DNA of 64,000 nucleotides from Pedosphaera sp. (GTDB lineage Bacteria; Verrucomicrobiota; Verrucomicrobiia; Limisphaerales; DSYF01): NCBI GenBank assembly GCA_017853715.1, contig JAFMIZ010000002.1, positions 20,128 to 84,127 of the forward strand, read 5' to 3'. Shown piece by piece: positions 62,229 to 64,000 of this stretch (position 1 is its first letter; each line of letters starts with the position of its first letter). The notes under the pieces were generated by a model. It saw only the letters and a program-made list of their open reading frames with translations, ran no database searches and was not told where the DNA came from. The position numbers and the translations under genes were made by a program.

Positions 62229-64000
62229 TTACCTTCCCAGCACAAAAAACAGAATCACGGCCACACCCAGCACGAGCAGGAATGCGTACGCCTGCAAGCT
62301 GCCGGATTGAATAAAGCGCAGCACGTTGCCGAACAGGCTCGTCGCACCGGCAGAGCCTCGCACGGCAGCAAAACCAATTAGCCAGCGATCAAACCAATCC
62401 ACCACCGCCGCGGTGGCATCGTGCACTTTGATGACGGTCGCTTCGTAAAGTTCATCGAAGTAGAAGCGGTCGCGCATCCAACGTGAGAGCGTGCCGATCC
62501 TGGCCGGCAGCGGGTCTTCCTTGGCTCGTGCATAGAGCGTCCACGCAGCAAACAAGCCAATGCCAAAGGCAGCTAATCCACTGAGGGCGGCCACGGGCGC
62601 ATGCTTGAACGGATAAACGAGTTGGGCGGCCAGGCCATGCGGATGTTCCCCACCAGGGTGCAACATTCCGCCGAACAACGCTTCAACACCAATCACCCCG
62701 CCGACGATGCTGAACACCGCCAGAATCCGCAGCGGCCAGGTCATGACCCATGGCGATTCGTGCGCGTGACCGACTTCGTGGCTGCGTTCACCGCCCAGGA
62801 ATGCCACGAATACGAGGCGGAACATGTAGAACGTGGTGAGGGCCGCCACGCCGACGCCTATGATAAACAGCGGCATACTGTGGTGCCATGCTGCGGCAAG
62901 AATGGCGTCCTTGCTGAAAAAGCCGCTCAAAGGCCACACCCCCGCCAGCGCCATGGTGCCGACCATGAACGTCCAATACGTCACCGGCATCTTTTTACAG
63001 AGGCCACCCATCCTCCAGATGTCCTGCTCATGGTGCATGGCATGAATGACCGAGCCGGCGCCGAGGAACAAGAGCGCCTTGAAGAAGGCATGCGTGGTCA
63101 GATGAAACATGCCGGCTTCGGGCGCAGCCAAGCCCACCGCCATCACCATGTAGCCGAGCTGAGACAGGGTGGAGTAAGCGAGGATGCGCTTGATGTCGTT
63201 CTGCTGAACCGCGACCAATGCGGCCAGCAAGGCGGTGCACCCACCGATCCACGCGATGACCTGCAATGCCTCAGGCGTGTAGATGAAGAACGTGCGCGAA
63301 AGCATGTAAACACCCGCCGCCACCATCGTCGCAGCATGAATGAGCGCGCTGACGGGCGTGGGGCCTTCCATCGCGTCCGGCAACCACACGTGCAACGGGA
63401 ATTGTGCGGACTTGCCCATCGCGCCGCAAAAAACCAGCAGTCCGCCAAGCGTCGCCAGGCTGCCCAACGCCGCAGGATTATCCGCCAGTCCAGCCTCCAG
63501 TTTGCCGAAGTTCAAAGACCCGAGCGCGGCCCAGACAATCAAGATGCCCAGCATGAAGCCGAAGTCGCCGAGACGGTTGGTGATGAAGGCCTTCTTGGCC
63601 GCGTCCGCTGCACTGGCCTTCTCATACCAGAAGCCGATGAGCAAATAGCTGGACACACCCACCAACTCCCACGAGATGAACATTTGGAGGAAATTGTTCG
63701 CCATCACGATGCCGAGCATCGAGAACGTGAACAGGCTCAAGCTCGCGAAGAACCGGCTGAAACAGCGGTCCTCGTGCATGTAGCCCCATGAGTAGATGTG
63801 AATGGCACTGCCCACGCCAGTCACGACCAGCAACATCATCAGGCTCAACGCATCGAGACGCAGCCCGAACTCCGCCTGCAACGGACCGATGTCCAGCCAG
63901 TTCAGCGAAACCTCCTTCACCTCCGGGTTGAAGCTGTTGGCCTTGATGAAAATTACGGTCAGCACGAACCCGATGACGATGGCGCTGATGGAAAGCGTGG
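62229..64000 (-). CDS. nuoL: NADH-quinone oxidoreductase subunit L (5' end beyond the right window edge)
   Basis: LDALSLMMLLVVTGVGSAIHIYSWGYMHED, GKSAQFPLHVWLPDAMEGPTPVSALIHAATMV and YSTLSQLGYM are present. The frame stays open from 63965 to 64000 (…TLSISAIVIGFV-LTVIF), so the GTG at 63965 is not the true start. Confidence 0.9.
   Translation of the reverse strand, partial: TLSISAIVIGFVLTVIFIKANSFNPEVKEVSLNWLDIGPLQAEFGLRLDALSLMMLLVVTGVGSAIHIYSWGYMHEDRCFSRFFASLSLFTFSMLGIVMANNFLQMFISWELVGVSSYLLIGFWYEKASAADAAKKAFITNRLGDFGFMLGILIVWAALGSLNFGKLEAGLADNPAALGSLATLGGLLVFCGAMGKSAQFPLHVWLPDAMEGPTPVSALIHAATMVAAGVYMLSRTFFIYTPEALQVIAWIGGCTALLAALVAVQQNDIKRILAYSTLSQLGYMVMAVGLAAPEAGMFHLTTHAFFKALLFLGAGSVIHAMHHEQDIWRMGGLCKKMPVTYWTFMVGTMALAGVWPLSGFFSKDAILAAAWHHSMPLFIIGVGVAALTTFYMFRLVFVAFLGGERSHEVGHAHESPWVMTWPLRILAVFSIVGGVIGVEALFGGMLHPGGEHPHGLAAQLVYPFKHAPVAALSGLAAFGIGLFAAWTLYARAKEDPLPARIGTLSRWMRDRFYFDELYEATVIKVHDATAAVVDWFDRWLIGFAAVRGSAGATSLFGNVLRFIQSGSLQAYAFLLVLGVAVILFFVLGR

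Noticed and set aside
60903-63791. 435-aa and 396-aa plus-strand ORFs (60903-62210, 62601-63791)
   Set aside because: They are antisense to nuoM and nuoL. They are extremely Arg/His/Gln/Glu-rich, whereas the minus-strand frames encode textbook polytopic Nuo subunits.
1-64000. Genomic island, prophage, integron or transposon boundaries
   Set aside because: I recognised no integrase, transposase, recombinase, phage structural gene, tRNA attachment site or long direct repeat. Composition looks uniform by eye (not computed).

Overview
This is a GC-rich, densely packed chromosomal window with about 58 protein-coding genes. By eye I found no rRNA, tRNA, CRISPR array, transposase, integrase or prophage genes. 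The content points to a PVC-group bacterium, probably Verrucomicrobiota (inference only). The evidence is a prepilin-like H-X9-DG/DUF1559 protein, a ThuA-like protein, a Tat-signal NIPSNAP protein, very large secreted glycoside hydrolases, and many short GC-rich repeats, some inside genes. Housekeeping genes recognised: argS, guaB, hflX, mfd, radC, cinA, pssA-psd, ptsN, ptsI and nuoL-M-N (nuoL runs off the right edge), plus a ferredoxin, a fatty-acid desaturase, an LptF/G permease, a GAF histidine kinase and an ECF sigma/anti-sigma pair. The main candidate system is a minus-strand locus at 29122-34327. It encodes three small all-helical proteins with W-x-G/D hairpin motifs, followed by a 1311-aa membrane-anchored FtsK/SpoIIIE ATPase with degenerate, canonical and degenerate P-loop modules. 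This is the signature of a minimal type VII (WXG100/Ess/ESX)-like secretion locus, here in a lineage outside the characterised Gram-positive systems. Other observations: (1) a halogenase-like flavoprotein, GT4 and thioesterase run downstream of the ATPase; (2) a homologous in-frame repeat element sits in both mfd and cinA; (3) four secreted proteins share a C-terminal module ending in [FY][FY]R; (4) a D-cysteine desulfhydrase/ACC-deaminase-like gene is heavily decayed; (5) a GmhA/SIS gene is truncated; (6) one secreted-protein gene is frameshifted; (7) there is an SxtK-like/carbamoyltransferase/SxtJ-like triad; (8) there are several strong intergenic hairpins. All family assignments come from motif reading and memory; no database search or computation was possible.
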